A stretch of 64,000 nucleotides of DNA from positions 1 through 64,000 of the IMG/VR virus record IMGVR_UViG_3300019373_000007; one strand, written 5' to 3'. The position numbers and the translations under genes were made by a program. Below are positions 19,606-31,222 of this stretch, one piece after another; position 1 is the stretch's first letter; each line of letters opens with the position of its first letter. The stretch is from a virus (Duplodnaviria > Caudoviricetes). The notes below the pieces were generated by a model. The model made no database searches. It worked only from the letters and a program-made list of their open reading frames with translations, and was not told the origin of the DNA.

Positions 19606-21504
19606 ATGAATTTCCTAGAGAAGGCTATCAAAGAAGCTTCGCAGGCCTATTATAGCGATGGAACATCGAACGTCTCCGATGAAGAATTCGACCGAATGTT
19701 AGATGCTCTCAAGGAGCAAGATCCAGACAACCCACTGCTAACTGCAGTGGGTCATGGTTATGATGTGAACAAGGATACAACCGCTGGCGAGAGAGTCCGC
19801 CATAAATACGCAGAAGCAGGATCACTCCCTAAGTGTCACAACTATAAAGAGTACAGCTCACTTGTGGATCCGTCTACAATCAAAATAGCATCGCTGAAGC
19901 TAGACGGAATGAGCGTAGTCCTCTATTATGAGAAAGGGAAGCTAGTCCGTGCTCTCACACGAGGTAATGGCATAACAGGAATTGACATCACAGATAAGGT
20001 CAAGATAATTGACCCATCACTGGAGAGTCTGCGAGATGATGAAGTATTCACAGGCTCTGTTAGAGGCGAAATTCTCATGAGCTATGATAGCTTCGCAGAC
20101 TTTCGGGAACTCCATCCAGACGCAGCTAACCCACGTAATTCGACTGCAGGATTGATGAATCCGAACCAGAAACCGGTAGATGACCTTCGATTCCTGTCGA
20201 TTGTGGTTTATACACAAACAGGCCAGGAATTTACGCCTGACTGCATTTTACCGTCACGATCACCTGATTACGACACCATACTCGGGTGGCTACAAGATAA
20301 CTTCAACAAAGTAGTACCGCATAAGATACTCAATCCATTGACCAACTCAACTCTCATTTCCTCTATGGAACATCTCAGAGAGATGTGGTACGGTGTGTAT
20401 CCAGCAGATGGAATTGTGTTAGCCGATATTCACACTAAGCGAGAAGGTACAGCTATAACATATGACGCAGCTGCTTATAAGTTCCCACCTGAAGAGAAGA
20501 CGACGACAGTCAAAGGAGTAGAATGGACTCTCAGCAAGACGAAGTACCTTATCCCTAGAATCAACTTCGAGTCTGTTGAGCTTGCAGGGACAGTAGTAAG
20601 CTGGTGCCACGGCGACAATGCTAAGAATATACTTGATAGGCAGGTAGGCACAGGCGCTGTTATCAAAGTAAGTAAGGCAGGTGAGATTATACCACATATG
20701 ACTCAGGTTCTACAAGTGGCTACTGATTTTTCACTTCCGCGAGTGTGCCCTGCATGCAGGACGGAACTTGTATGGAATGGTGTTCACCTAGCGTGCCCTA
20801 ACCCAGAGTGCTCTGACAGTAATATGCAGGACTTGCTTATCTGGTGCAAGTGCTTATCTCCGTATTTTGGGCTGAGCGATGTTCTGATGAAGAGATTCTT
20901 CTTGGATACATTAGGTAGCAATCCATCTGTTGAAGATATCTATTCACACGGAAGAATAAACGTTACAGTAGATGGCGGAGTACTCTACACTCGATTTGTA
21001 GAAATGTACAATGCGCTCTTCGATGGCCACTATTCACTGTATGATGCAATACTCGCACTTAACATTCCACGTCTCAGCACTGTGAATGCAGCGAAGCTAG
21101 CTAAGTATCCTGACTTAGTTAAGGATCTAGCACATGGATTCGACATACATGTAACAGACAGTATGAAGAAAGATATTGGAGTAGCTAACATGCAGTCAAT
21201 TGAGGACAATCGAAACAAGTTTAGTCGATTGCTTCTCATAGAGGATAAGATTGATTGGACTCCGATGGAAGCTTCATCTGACGACAAGAAGGTAGTCATC
21301 ACAGGTAAGCTCAGCATGAAGCGCGCTGACTTCGAGGCACTACTTGCTGCGCATGGATTCAAATGTGCGTCATCAGTAAGCAAAGACACACTCTGCTTAA
21401 TAACTGACGATCCGTCGTCCGGAAGCAGTAAGAATAAGCAAGCAGATAAGCTAGGCGTCCCTAAGATGACAGAAGCTGCATTCACTACACAGTACCTATC
21501 ATAA
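19606..21504 (+). CDS. ligA: NAD-dependent DNA ligase
   Basis: YY..SDEEFD, KLDG, TRGNG, VRGE, NPRN, DGIV, AYKF, Zn finger, BRCT. Confidence 0.95.
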   Translation: MNFLEKAIKEASQAYYSDGTSNVSDEEFDRMLDALKEQDPDNPLLTAVGHGYDVNKDTTAGERVRHKYAEAGSLPKCHNYKEYSSLVDPSTIKIASLKLDGMSVVLYYEKGKLVRALTRGNGITGIDITDKVKIIDPSLESLRDDEVFTGSVRGEILMSYDSFADFRELHPDAANPRNSTAGLMNPNQKPVDDLRFLSIVVYTQTGQEFTPDCILPSRSPDYDTILGWLQDNFNKVVPHKILNPLTNSTLISSMEHLREMWYGVYPADGIVLADIHTKREGTAITYDAAAYKFPPEEKTTTVKGVEWTLSKTKYLIPRINFESVELAGTVVSWCHGDNAKNILDRQVGTGAVIKVSKAGEIIPHMTQVLQVATDFSLPRVCPACRTELVWNGVHLACPNPECSDSNMQDLLIWCKCLSPYFGLSDVLMKRFFLDTLGSNPSVEDIYSHGRINVTVDGGVLYTRFVEMYNALFDGHYSLYDAILALNIPRLSTVNAAKLAKYPDLVKDLAHGFDIHVTDSMKKDIGVANMQSIEDNRNKFSRLLLIEDKIDWTPMEASSDDKKVVITGKLSMKRADFEALLAAHGFKCASSVSKDTLCLITDDPSSGSSKNKQADKLGVPKMTEAAFTTQYLS

Positions 21505-21513
21505 GGAGGGCAA

Positions 21514-21743
21514 ATGTTTACCGAGGTATTCTATTGGTGTGATCCATCAAAAGCGACAGGATGCAAGAAAACGACCTGCTCATATATGGGGGACAATGTG
21601 CACTTACTACATGCCCTGCATACGCATATAAACCAGTAAGAACAGACGAATGCTCATCTAGCTGGCTCACAGAGACATATCGACAGAAATTCCGGAAGAA
21701 GTATGAAGATGTAATGAATAGAAAGTATAAGCATCTGCAATAA
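21514..21743 (+). CDS. Small Cys-rich protein with frameshift in G-run near 21590
   Basis: RBS+ATG 21514 (MFTEVFYWCDP) joins the GGQCALTT frame if one G is added. Confidence 0.45.
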
Positions 21744-21825
21744 CCAGAGGAGGTACAGAAATGTACCTCCTTTTACTATGATCAACCTTGTACAAATACA
21801 TCAATATTACGAGAGAGGTAGAATT

Positions 21826-22029
21826 ATGTTACGATGTGCTATTTGTGGGAAAGTTATAGCTACTGAAGCCTACAACATGAAAGAATATGCTTACAAGAAG
21901 AGCGGAGTTTACGCTTGCTCTTGGACATGTTTCAACAAGATAACAGGAAAGACGCTGAAGGAGCTTAAGAAGCTCCGTGCACAGCAACAACAAGCACTGC
22001 GTGAGACTGTCGATCTTGTCGAAGAATAA
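21826..22029 (+). CDS. Small zinc-finger protein
   Basis: CAICGK...ACSWTC. Confidence 0.55.
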   Translation: MLRCAICGKVIATEAYNMKEYAYKKSGVYACSWTCFNKITGKTLKELKKLRAQQQQALRETVDLVEE

Positions 22030-22077
22030 AATCCAGGGCAGGACCTTGTATACTACCACGATAGGAGGTTTTACTGG

Positions 22078-23052
22078 ATGAGAAAGATATTTAATGAAGG
22101 AAGATCAGTAGGTCTTTCTGCATACGAAATATACGTACGTCAAGCTCTATCAAACGACGCACACCCGGACATCCTTACGGAGCGTGAGTGGATAGCTGCT
22201 ACTATGAAGAATGGAAGCTCAATGATATTGAAAGTAGCTGCAGGAACTCCTGCAGGTTACATCGACTTCCTTCTACCAGAAGAATCGTCATTATGCGCTT
22301 GCACAACTATTACAGCAAGCTTGTTCGATGGTGACATAATAACAGACGGAGGCCCGTGGGCTACGGAAGTGCTCAGCTACGGCCGCTTAATCAGCAACAC
22401 AGAGGAGCTTCATCCAGAGACACCAGGAGGTGTGAAGACTCCTACATATCCTCATCCAGAAGTTATTCCAGAAGATTATGCAGAGAAGTGCAGAAACTAC
22501 ATAAAGATTACTTCCGGCCTTGCATTGCAGCCCGGCCAATGGACACGTACCCGCCATGCAGATCTACTAGTTACAGAATACGGTGATTACATCGTAACTG
22601 AGAATAATCAGCAGATCTTAGTGGAATATGGATCCGCTACAGGAAAGCGGCCATACATGAAGGTGAAACCTATCTTGTCATCTGCAATTCATACAGATGA
22701 GTGGGTTACTGAGGGTATTGAAGGTGACTTGGATCGTCCTATTCAGCCAGTAACAACTGAGGACGGCGAAGAGATCTTAATCGACTGGCGATTCGATACA
22801 ACAGGAGCTATTCGACTTGCTATCACAGAAGAGATAACAACAGACGTGTTGATCTTGCTTTCAGGATTCTCAATCAAGGCAATGGTAGAAGGATCTGCTG
22901 GATTCTATCCGTCAGATACATCTTCTGCAGCCAATGGGGGATTCTTAGGACCAGAAGAGTACCCGTGGGGAACAAAGGTCATGCTCAATGTGACGACAGA
23001 CGTCATGTATGTATTGTATCATGACATAATGAATGCGATAGGAGGCCACTAA
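22078..23052 (+). CDS. Putative virion/tail-associated protein
   Basis: GLSAYEI..EREW motif and LVTExG repeats typical of tail proteins; ACCTT motif upstream. Confidence 0.5.
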   Translation: MRKIFNEGRSVGLSAYEIYVRQALSNDAHPDILTEREWIAATMKNGSSMILKVAAGTPAGYIDFLLPEESSLCACTTITASLFDGDIITDGGPWATEVLSYGRLISNTEELHPETPGGVKTPTYPHPEVIPEDYAEKCRNYIKITSGLALQPGQWTRTRHADLLVTEYGDYIVTENNQQILVEYGSATGKRPYMKVKPILSSAIHTDEWVTEGIEGDLDRPIQPVTTEDGEEILIDWRFDTTGAIRLAITEEITTDVLILLSGFSIKAMVEGSAGFYPSDTSSAANGGFLGPEEYPWGTKVMLNVTTDVMYVLYHDIMNAIGGH

Positions 23053-23055
23053 TAT

Positions 23056-23418
23056 ATGAATAAGATGAGTCCTGCGCAGACACTCAATCAAGTAGGTAGA
23101 TATCTCTACAAGCACATTGATGGTGCAACTAAGATTAAATTCAGCGCTAATCAATGTGACGTCTATCTCACTATATACTACCAGAAGCGATACAGAGCAG
23201 AAACATTTGAGTCGATGGACATTGATATCAACTTAACTACGTATTCTAACAAGCTAAGAGTCAACGTCATTGAGATGGATGAGTGGGAGAAGACCTTAGG
23301 TAGCTTCACAATCAAAGAAGAGGAACTCGATAACTTAGCGTTTCTGAATGACAAAATCTATCAAAACGTCTGCAAATACATTGTGAAGGAGTATAGCGAC
23401 TATGAATTTGTCTTCTAG
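23056..23418 (+). CDS. Hypothetical protein
   Basis: ORF with RBS. Confidence 0.6.
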   Translation: MNKMSPAQTLNQVGRYLYKHIDGATKIKFSANQCDVYLTIYYQKRYRAETFESMDIDINLTTYSNKLRVNVIEMDEWEKTLGSFTIKEEELDNLAFLNDKIYQNVCKYIVKEYSDYEFVF

Positions 23419-24139
23419 TAAGCATCAGCCTAATTTCACAATAGTCCCACATGACGATTTGTATTTCATCGTATCGGGAGCAGACCTAGTATGGCCAGGC
23501 GGATTCGCAGACCGGGAGCTAGCTGAGAAATTCATCTCAGATAGACTCACTGCTTCTGAATCTATCGAATACGCTCCCGATGACATTGAATTCATTGTAG
23601 ATAACTTCGGATTCCATTCATCTAGAGGTAGATGGATTGCATCTGCAGGAGATACAGAGCTTGTACTCGACTTAGGTGAAAACACAATAACACTCACTGC
23701 ACAGCAGGGCAAGAATTCAACAGTCGAAACATTCGATACAATTGACGACTTGATTGTCGCATTAGAAGATTACTTCGGCGATGATATATTTGCCTCTGCG
23801 GGGATATGCGATAAGAAGTATACACAAGCGATACTAGCTGCAAAACCAAGCTCAAGAGACATGTCGAAGAATCTCGTACGTGTCAAGTCATCTAATCTGT
23901 GGTCATACGGAATCACAATGAAGGACAAGAAGGTAGGAGACGTAGTTATTCAGTTTAAGGGGAAGAACGGAGGTCCTGGAGACGTATATCTCTATTACGA
24001 CGTTCCCGTAAAGGTATGGCAGGGCTTCCTTGGAGCTCCAAGTAAAGGTCACTACTTCTGGGTCAACATTCGCAATAACTACTGGTACAGAAAGCTTACA
24101 GGTGACAAGAAAGGCCGCCTGAAAAACGCAGTAAACTAA
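23402..24139 (+). CDS. KTSC-domain protein
   Basis: VKSSNL..Y.YYDVP..W..F..APSKGHYF..NIR. Confidence 0.8.
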   Translation: MNLSSSKHQPNFTIVPHDDLYFIVSGADLVWPGGFADRELAEKFISDRLTASESIEYAPDDIEFIVDNFGFHSSRGRWIASAGDTELVLDLGENTITLTAQQGKNSTVETFDTIDDLIVALEDYFGDDIFASAGICDKKYTQAILAAKPSSRDMSKNLVRVKSSNLWSYGITMKDKKVGDVVIQFKGKNGGPGDVYLYYDVPVKVWQGFLGAPSKGHYFWVNIRNNYWYRKLTGDKKGRLKNAVN

Positions 24140-24202
24140 CACCTTGTATTAACATAGATATCATTCACAGATTACAATAGTTATCTGAAAGGAGAATATA
24201 AC

Positions 24203-24745
24203 ATGTCAGTAAACATTTTCCAAAATAACGCGCTGAAGAAGATTGCGGGAAACTACGCAATTGACAGCAGCTTGAGTGCAACATCTGAAAACGCAGTAAT
24301 GAATAAAGTAGTGACAGCTGCTTTAGGGGCTGTTGGTGTCGGTGTAATCGGCACACAAGCAGAAATTGAAGGGAAGATTCAAAGGGGCGAAATCGCACCT
24401 GGATCCATCGTACAGATCACTGACGACGCTGCTGATACCATCACAGGCCTCCAAGTAACTACATCTGCTGTGCCTGGACAGACTACAGTGGAGGGTGCAT
24501 TATCCACGATAAATACACATTTATCGGGTTTGGATACAGAAGTTGATAGCAAGTTAGACGCAATCAAAGTTTTGTTCACTAATACAACACAAATCAATAT
24601 TGGTGGTGGTCCGGGTTACATCTTCTTTAATATACGTATTTCTCCTACCTATATCATGCAAGTTGAATTTAATTATCAACAAGGAATTTCGTTGAATGTA
24701 AGTACCGATAATGGTGCATCTTGGACTACTTATTGGAGAAAGTAA
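24203..24745 (+). CDS. Short fibre/receptor-binding-like protein 1 with variable C-terminus
   Basis: DSSLSATSENAVMNKVV fibre repeat; INTHLS encoded by site A; stop overlaps site B. Confidence 0.65.
   Translation: MSVNIFQNNALKKIAGNYAIDSSLSATSENAVMNKVVTAALGAVGVGVIGTQAEIEGKIQRGEIAPGSIVQITDDAADTITGLQVTTSAVPGQTTVEGALSTINTHLSGLDTEVDSKLDAIKVLFTNTTQINIGGGPGYIFFNIRISPTYIMQVEFNYQQGISLNVSTDNGASWTTYWRK
24507..24526 (+). repeat. Recombination-like site A (CGATAAA-TACACA-TTTATCG)
   Basis: 7-bp inverted arms, asymmetric 6-bp core; recurs at 25015, 56787 and inverted at 57183. Confidence 0.75.
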
Positions 24746-24751
24746 TCTTTA
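24739..24751 (+). repeat. Recombination-like site B (AAA-GTAATC-TTTA)
   Basis: Same as nt 9-21 and 25436-25448. Confidence 0.65.
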
Positions 24752-24883
24752 CATCGCAGAAGAACATACAATCAGATCAGAGAGTCAGCTGAGCATCGCA
24801 TCGCTCGGCGAGCTTGATCTGAATTTATCCAATTATATCTTTTATATATAATTTTTAAATTTTATCAATAGGAGGAAAAATTC

Positions 24884-25321
24884 ATGTCAACAAAATATTT
24901 CGATGACAATGAACAACTAGTAGATATTGCAGGAAAAGCTGCAATGGATGCACAGTTGAGCACAACATCTACCAACGGTGTGCAGAACAAAATCGTTACA
25001 TCAGCGATAAACGAGATAAATACACAATTAACGACTTCAAATGCAGATAATATTGATGGCAATAATCTTTTGGTTGGATACAAGAAAGGTGATATTAGAG
25101 AACTATTCTTTGCAGATTTATCTCTGTCCATAGGTGAACAGGCGTATGTTGGTAGTCAGTATACACCAAAGAGAACCCTCATGTTTCCTATCGTGTCACT
25201 TGGAATCGGTACAATTACTTGTAGACTTACGACAACTGGTGATATTGAATTGCTAGGTGCAGATGGTTCTATGTTATCCGGCACACATCGATTGTTCGGG
25301 CATGTAATGTATTTGCATTAA
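24884..25321 (+). CDS. Short fibre/receptor-binding-like protein 2 with variable C-terminus
   Basis: DAQLSTTSTNGVQNKIV repeat; INTQLT at site A. Confidence 0.65.
   Translation: MSTKYFDDNEQLVDIAGKAAMDAQLSTTSTNGVQNKIVTSAINEINTQLTTSNADNIDGNNLLVGYKKGDIRELFFADLSLSIGEQAYVGSQYTPKRTLMFPIVSLGIGTITCRLTTTGDIELLGADGSMLSGTHRLFGHVMYLH
25015..25032 (+). repeat. Recombination-like site A (GATAAA-TACACA-ATTAAC)
   Basis: Same left arm, core and codon phase as 24508. Confidence 0.7.
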
Positions 25322-25432
25322 AGTATGGGGTTATTTTATGAAGAAGAATAGAAAATCAAAGTCTTGTATCAACTGTCCTATTCCTAAGAAATCCGATTTA
25401 TGCAAGCAGTGTGTTAATAGGAATTGAAATGA

Positions 25433-25450
25433 ATTAAAGTAATCTTTACA
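25433..25450 (+). repeat. Recombination-like site B (ATTAAA-GTAATC-TTTACA)
   Basis: Matches nt 6-23 in 17 of 18 positions. Confidence 0.7.
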
Positions 25451-25454
25451 GCAT

Positions 25455-25672
25455 TATAGAACGTACCGCCGTAACCTTCTGGGCGGCGGTCTTAATAGAG
25501 AGGTCTTGCTACAGTAGACGATTAAAAATGAAGATTTGGTCGTAGGGCGCGACTAAGTAAAACAAAAGAAAGCCCACTGAGAAGGTCAAGTAGGATTGTG
25601 ACCACCTACCTAACAGAGTACAAAAAGAATCATATTCTTTGACGGGGCAGTGCTACAGCATTGCCCTATTTT
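25455..25672 (+). ncRNA. Putative structured non-coding RNA ending in a terminator
   Basis: ORF-free; several hairpins, possible GGGC/GCCC pseudoknot, final GGGCAGTGCT/AGCATTGCCC stem with T-run. Confidence 0.35.
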
Positions 25673-27695
25673 CTTTGTTACTAACTAAATTGAATCTCAA
25701 CTAAAATCGTTATAGAAGTATACAGACGAGAAGCTGTATGCTTCTTTTATTTTCACACTATTGTAGGAGGGTTGTGAAATGGATTCAAAGAAAGAATTGA
25801 TAGCATCGTGGAGAGCTATTGTACTTCAGTTACATACTTTAGGGTATGATACACTACTACAAGATGAAATCAACGTAGTAGCTACGCAACTGAGAAAAGA
25901 TCTTGGATTAGACCAGGAGGGGCAGAATGAAGCAGTCAGTAGATGATAACGCAAGAAAAGAAGAGCTAGTCAGAGAACTAGCAGAGAATCTATCTGTAGA
26001 GCAGCTAGGAATCGCACTCGCGTTTGGGCGGAACTTAGCGATATACGGAGTTGATGTAACTACAGCATGGAAGACTGCAACTGAACAATCTGCTGCATTA
26101 CAGGCAGCATATCATCGAGGAGTAAGCGACGGCACGTTATTCAGCAGCGAGACATCTGCTGCGAATGCACTGAGAAAAGTCAAACTCGCTAAAACGCGTA
26201 TGAAGGAACAATTTCACGATCCAGACAACGAATTTGATCGAGGTGTTAGGTTTTGCCTAGACATCCTCGACCCTATTATTGAAGGAGGACAGAGGAACTA
26301 TGACTAAACAGGAGTTAGAAGATGCTCTGAAGCATACTCGAGCACAGCACAAAGATGACATAGTAAGCACAGGTGATACTTGCATTTCACTTCTGTGCGA
26401 AGATACTCTACGTGTTCTCAATCGGTGTATTGAAATTCCAGATGACGCTACTTGCTGGCAGGCCATTCAGATCCTGTTTCCATACGTGAAGGTGTCAGAA
26501 ATACATGGAACATTTGACCATGACAAGGTATTAGGGTACCGCATGTGGATAGGTAATAGATTCCACGATTTCGACTTAGATTGGTGGAATTCACCATTTA
26601 GACTCAAGGAGGACAATTAGATATGACATTCGAAATAGGATTCTACGATCATTTATTCTTTCCGCTACCTACAATCTTAATTCAAGGATGGGGCGAGCCT
26701 AAGCAGATTACATTCGTGTGGTTCCATCTATATGTAGGGTTCGCAGAATAACAGATAGGAGATTAACATGGGAGTAATGTACGGAGGGGAGATTGATTGC
26801 ATCCTCGAAAACCTGACACTCAAATCGTTAGATCGCATACTAGATCTAATAGACGAATACATCGATTTAGTAGAGGACATCAAAAAGATGGAGGGCAATG
26901 AGCATGGAGGAGCAAACTAATTAGAATATACAGACTAGCATGGAAGACAAGATGCTAGAATGGGTCAAAGACAAGTGCAGAGAAGTACAGGAACTGTATG
27001 AATTTTACACACAGTATAGATACCAGCTACAGGAGCGTGTGGATAGACTCGACGAAAGCACATTCTTCAACGAAGCTATTCAAGACAGTGTGCAGACTAT
27101 GAATATCTACTATGCGAAGTTTTCACAAGGATACAGAGATGTGTCCCAGGTGTGTCATATCCTAGGAGGACAGTACCTAGAGGTATTTGATGCACATTTC
27201 GAGAAAGGAAAGTACCTATGATAAAGAAGACAATGTACTGTGACCGATGCGGCAAGAAATGCAAGAAGATCCGCAATAACAGAGGAAAACTTCTGTATAC
27301 AGCAGGTCATAATCCGCTTGACCTCTGTCAATCTTGTCATAATGAGCTGAATGCATGGTTCAAGCAAGGCAAGAACAAAGAAGCGACCGGATATGAAGAG
27401 CTGCTGAATGACATGGAAGACAAGATGAAAACATACATCAACGCTGACATAAGGGGAGGATTTCGCGCCGCATACACTATGGTGCAAGAATACATAATGG
27501 GTGCAGGTTCGGAGGAAGAATAGAATGGACTATAAGAAAGCAGAGAAAGTGCTTACTGCCTTAGTCCTTGAACTCGATAAGCAGAAGGACGGCAGTAACA
27601 GTGAGAAAGAGGAAGCGCTAGTGTTTGCTATCTCGCGTATGCGCGAATTGCAAGAGATAGAAAAGTTAGTAAAACGGCCATAGGAGGGCACTGAT

Positions 27696-28225
27696 ATGAG
27701 CAAATACATTATCGAAGTTGATGACAACGCTGTAGACGGCTTATTCAAGGCAAAGGGATTCAATGCTCTTGTATTTGACCAGAATGGTCTTGATAAGTTG
27801 CAGAAGTATGAAGAGCCTGAACCTGTCAGGGAGGAGCAGTCCTGGCCACAAAATGGTGATGATTATTATTTCATAGAATCTAGCGGTTCAATCAGCTGCT
27901 CCACATGGTGCAACGATTGCTGGGACAAGAGCCGCGCACGTACCGATAACTGTTTCCTTACAGAAGAGAAGGCCAAGTTTGCAGTTAATCGGCGGGAGGT
28001 ACTCGCAGAGATGAAAAGTTTGCAGAGCCGTTTGGCATAGAGTGGGACGGCTACGCGCTTCACTATTATATTTACTATAACATTTGCACCAAAGCTGCTG
28101 ACGTAGCTAACTACATATCAGTTCGACACAGTGAGCTTTACTTTAAATCAATGGAGAGAGCATACGATTGCATCAAAGCAGTCGGAGAGGACAGAATCAA
28201 GAAGTATTACTTAGGAGTTGAGTAG
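27696..28225 (+). CDS. Hypothetical phage protein with frameshift near 28015
   Basis: Adding one A in ATGAAAAG continues into KFAEPFGIEWDG...VGEDRIKKYYLGVE. Confidence 0.55.
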
Positions 28226-28391
28226 ATATGAAAAACCAAAAAGATAAAATTCCATATCCTTGTACAAGATGCAAACGTAATTGCCCTTTTGAGATTCGTA
28301 TATTGGTTATAAAGAAATCAGAATGCACAGGAACCCCAATAAATCCAAATGTGTGGTGTAAGTTATTTGAAAGAATGGATGGTAAGTAGAT

Positions 28392-28805
28392 ATGACCAGA
28401 GAAGAAGCAAAGGAAATAATTCGTGCGTTTCGACACATTGATTATTCTAAATTAGATGATGAAGAAAGGGAATTATATGATGGTGCTTTAGATATGGTTA
28501 TCGAAGTCACTAAGCAGGAGCCTTGCGAAGACGCAGTAAGTCGTATCGAAGTAGATAGGCTATGCAACATGTACTTAAGAGTTCCGACAGATCAGCATGT
28601 TGCATTCTATGAGCATTTCGTTGACTTGCCACCTGTAACACCTGCCCGTGAGACAGGAAAGTGGATTGAAGGATCCACAGAACAAGGCGCATTGGGAATA
28701 AGATATACAGAGAAAACTTGTAGTAAATGTGGCTGGTCACATAGTTTAATTATTCCACAGAACTATTGTCCGAAATGCGGAACAGAAATGAGAGGATCCA
28801 AGTAG
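28392..28805 (+). CDS. Modular small protein with C-terminal Zn ribbon
   Basis: [25 protein letters not shown]. Confidence 0.65.
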   Translation: MTREEAKEIIRAFRHIDYSKLDDEERELYDGALDMVIEVTKQEPCEDAVSRIEVDRLCNMYLRVPTDQHVAFYEHFVDLPPVTPARETGKWIEGSTEQGALGIRYTEKTCSKCGWSHSLIIPQNYCPKCGTEMRGSK

Positions 28806-28807
28806 CC

Positions 28808-29335
28808 ATGACACGAGAAGAAGCAAATCAGATACTACACTGCCCAGATACCGTAGGTGGTGTATACAGTGAGAAGTATGGGCAAGCACTTGATATCGCA
28901 ATGAAAGCCTTAGAAGAAGAAACGGTATCAAGAGAGGTTTACGAGAGTGAATATCTTGCAAGAAAGCAAGCTGAATATGAGTTATGGAAGATTAAAGAGC
29001 AAGCGCCTTGTGAAGATGCAGTAAGCCGAAAAGAAGCTACTGAAAAAATGGAGGAGTGGGCTGATGGTTTCCGAGGCGGTGGATACTTCGATGGGGATGC
29101 TGTTGCAGATGTTATTTGTGCATGTGCTGACATAGTGAACGGATTGAAGTCTGTAACACCTACACGCAAGAAAGGGAAATGGATTCTTAATGAAAAACAA
29201 GGCGTGCGGGCGGTTGGATACGCTACTTATCATTGTTCAGAATGTAATCGTGAGATAACTAGTAAATATCACGGAAAAATAACTCTCTTGAAAGAATATC
29301 CATATTGTCATTGCGGAGCAGAAATGGAGTGGTGA
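28808..29335 (+). CDS. Paralogous modular protein with C-terminal Zn ribbon
   Basis: [26 protein letters not shown]. Confidence 0.65.
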   Translation: MTREEANQILHCPDTVGGVYSEKYGQALDIAMKALEEETVSREVYESEYLARKQAEYELWKIKEQAPCEDAVSRKEATEKMEEWADGFRGGGYFDGDAVADVICACADIVNGLKSVTPTRKKGKWILNEKQGVRAVGYATYHCSECNREITSKYHGKITLLKEYPYCHCGAEMEW

Positions 29336-29337
29336 AG

Positions 29338-29640
29338 ATGATAGCAAATAAAGCCATGGAGATGCCAAATGGCTGTATCTCAGTCACAACTCGTCCTCTT
29401 TATTCAGACGAAGTAGTCTACAATTATTGTCCTTTCTATAACACATGCGACCATGCACAGTTCAGTGAGAGTGACATTAGGCCTAGCGATTGTCCTCTAG
29501 TAGAAATCGTTACTTGTTCTGAATGCAATAATTGGGAGGGCAATAACTCCGGGACAGGTTATTGTTCAGTTAAGAAGAAATACAGACGAGCTTATGATTA
29601 CTGTTCAGACGCTAAGAGGAAAGTAGATGGTAGCAATTAA
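29338..29640 (+). CDS. Cys-rich small protein (CPLVEI family)
   Basis: Paralogue of 29627-29938 and 35673-35960. Confidence 0.6.
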   Translation: MIANKAMEMPNGCISVTTRPLYSDEVVYNYCPFYNTCDHAQFSESDIRPSDCPLVEIVTCSECNNWEGNNSGTGYCSVKKKYRRAYDYCSDAKRKVDGSN

Positions 29641-29938
29641 AGATGAAAAGATGCCTGACGGTTGTCAGCATTGCATGTACTTCCGAAAGTACCTATTTGG
29701 TAGCGGACTTGATTACAGTTATTCGTGTCCTCGTGGTGCAACACAGTTTCCGATGCCCTGGATCCGACAGATGGAAGAAAGAGCAAGTGATTGCCCATTA
29801 GTAGAAATCATCACATGTAAGAATTGCAACCATTGGAAGTTCAATGAGAATGCTTCTTTTATGTGCGGCTATTGTAATCATCTTGAAACTGAAACAGGCC
29901 AGTATTTCTACTGCGGAGACGCAGAGAGGAGACAATAA
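29627..29938 (+). CDS. Cys-rich small protein (CPLVEI family)
   Basis: MP..C..C...CPLVEI.TC..C..W..C..YC. Confidence 0.6.
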   Translation: MVAIKDEKMPDGCQHCMYFRKYLFGSGLDYSYSCPRGATQFPMPWIRQMEERASDCPLVEIITCKNCNHWKFNENASFMCGYCNHLETETGQYFYCGDAERRQ

Positions 29939-30665
29939 ATAATGCATCAAGAAGTAACTACAGTAGTAGAGGAAGCTAAAGTGACTCATAAATTCTTTTG
30001 TGACGAGTGCGGATGTTTTATTGACGAGTCTGAAGAATATGAAGATGGATGGTATCCGTGTGATTGTTGTCGTGAATGGAAAATCTTCATTGATGGACGA
30101 TGGTACTATAAGAAAGCAGAATTATGCGATGACTGCACTAATAAGGTAACAAATAATATTATCAATGCATTAGAAAAACTAGGTTTTACAGATGAGCTGG
30201 AGGACTGATTATGAACGTGTCTAAAAATATCTTACACGCACTTGTTGATTTGTGCGGATTATTGAATGAGCAAGATTCAGATGGTTGTACTTTAAACATC
30301 AGTGTACCTGACACTGATATAGAGCTAGAAGTTGAAGTATCGTACCGCTTTAACAAGAATGTAAAATCTTCTCGAGGTAAGGAGGACTAGACTGTGAAGC
30401 TAGTAATTGATATATCAGATGATGCATACGAAACCCTAAAGATTTTCGGAAAAGGAAATGTCGGATACTATCATGAAGTTATTCTAGATGGTAAGCCGCT
30501 TCCAACACTAACAGACTCAGAACAGCGATTATTTCTTTCCGCAATGAGCCGAGAAAAAGATGTATGTAAAAACATCGATGAAGATAAGGTACCTGATAAT
30601 GATGTAAAGATGTTAGTCCCTTTGTGTCAAAACATTGAAAGAAAGGTGAAGGAGGTGTTGTTCTA

Positions 30666-30953
30666 ATGCAGATTGTAATTAACATACCGCAAGGAAGATA
30701 TGAGGATATATTAAGTGGAAAAGAGTTTAGAGTATATCAATGTGATATTAGAGACGTATTGAAACACGGCTCACCACTTCCGAAAGGGCACGGAAGGCTG
30801 ATTGATGCGGATAAATTAGTACCTGATTGCCAAGAAGATTTCGTCTACTATGATGACGATGAGCATAATGAATTTACTGCTGTAGGAATTGCACAAATAG
30901 AATGTGCAGACACAGTCGTAGAAGCAGATAAGGAGGGTGAGGAATGCAGATAG
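30666..30953 (+). CDS. Small protein (LPKGHGRLIDAD family)
   Basis: Tandem paralogue of 30944-31222. Confidence 0.65.
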   Translation: MQIVINIPQGRYEDILSGKEFRVYQCDIRDVLKHGSPLPKGHGRLIDADKLVPDCQEDFVYYDDDEHNEFTAVGIAQIECADTVVEADKEGEECR

Positions 30954-31222
30954 TAATTGAGTTAGATGAATATGTATTAGAACATTGCAAAAGACATGTT
31001 AGAGAACGTTATGCAAATAACATAGAAGAAGCAATAGCGAAAGGCACAGTACTTCCTAAAGGACATGGTAGATTGATCGATGCCGATTCGCTAAGAGCAG
31101 GATACAATATTGACCTTGAAGGCAACTTAGTAGGCTACAGGTATATAACAAAACGTGATATAGACAACGCACCAACAATCCTAGAGGCAGATAAGGAGAG
31201 ACGGCGAGATGAAGCAAATTAA
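30944..31222 (+). CDS. Small protein (LPKGHGRLIDAD family)
   Basis: MQIVI..LPKGHGRLIDAD..EADKE. Confidence 0.65.
   Translation: MQIVIELDEYVLEHCKRHVRERYANNIEEAIAKGTVLPKGHGRLIDADSLRAGYNIDLEGNLVGYRYITKRDIDNAPTILEADKERRRDEAN

Noticed and set aside
25535-25600. Pistol or twister ribozyme in the structured intergenic region
   Set aside because: Only the hairpin-pseudoknot outline fits; conserved catalytic residues were not found.
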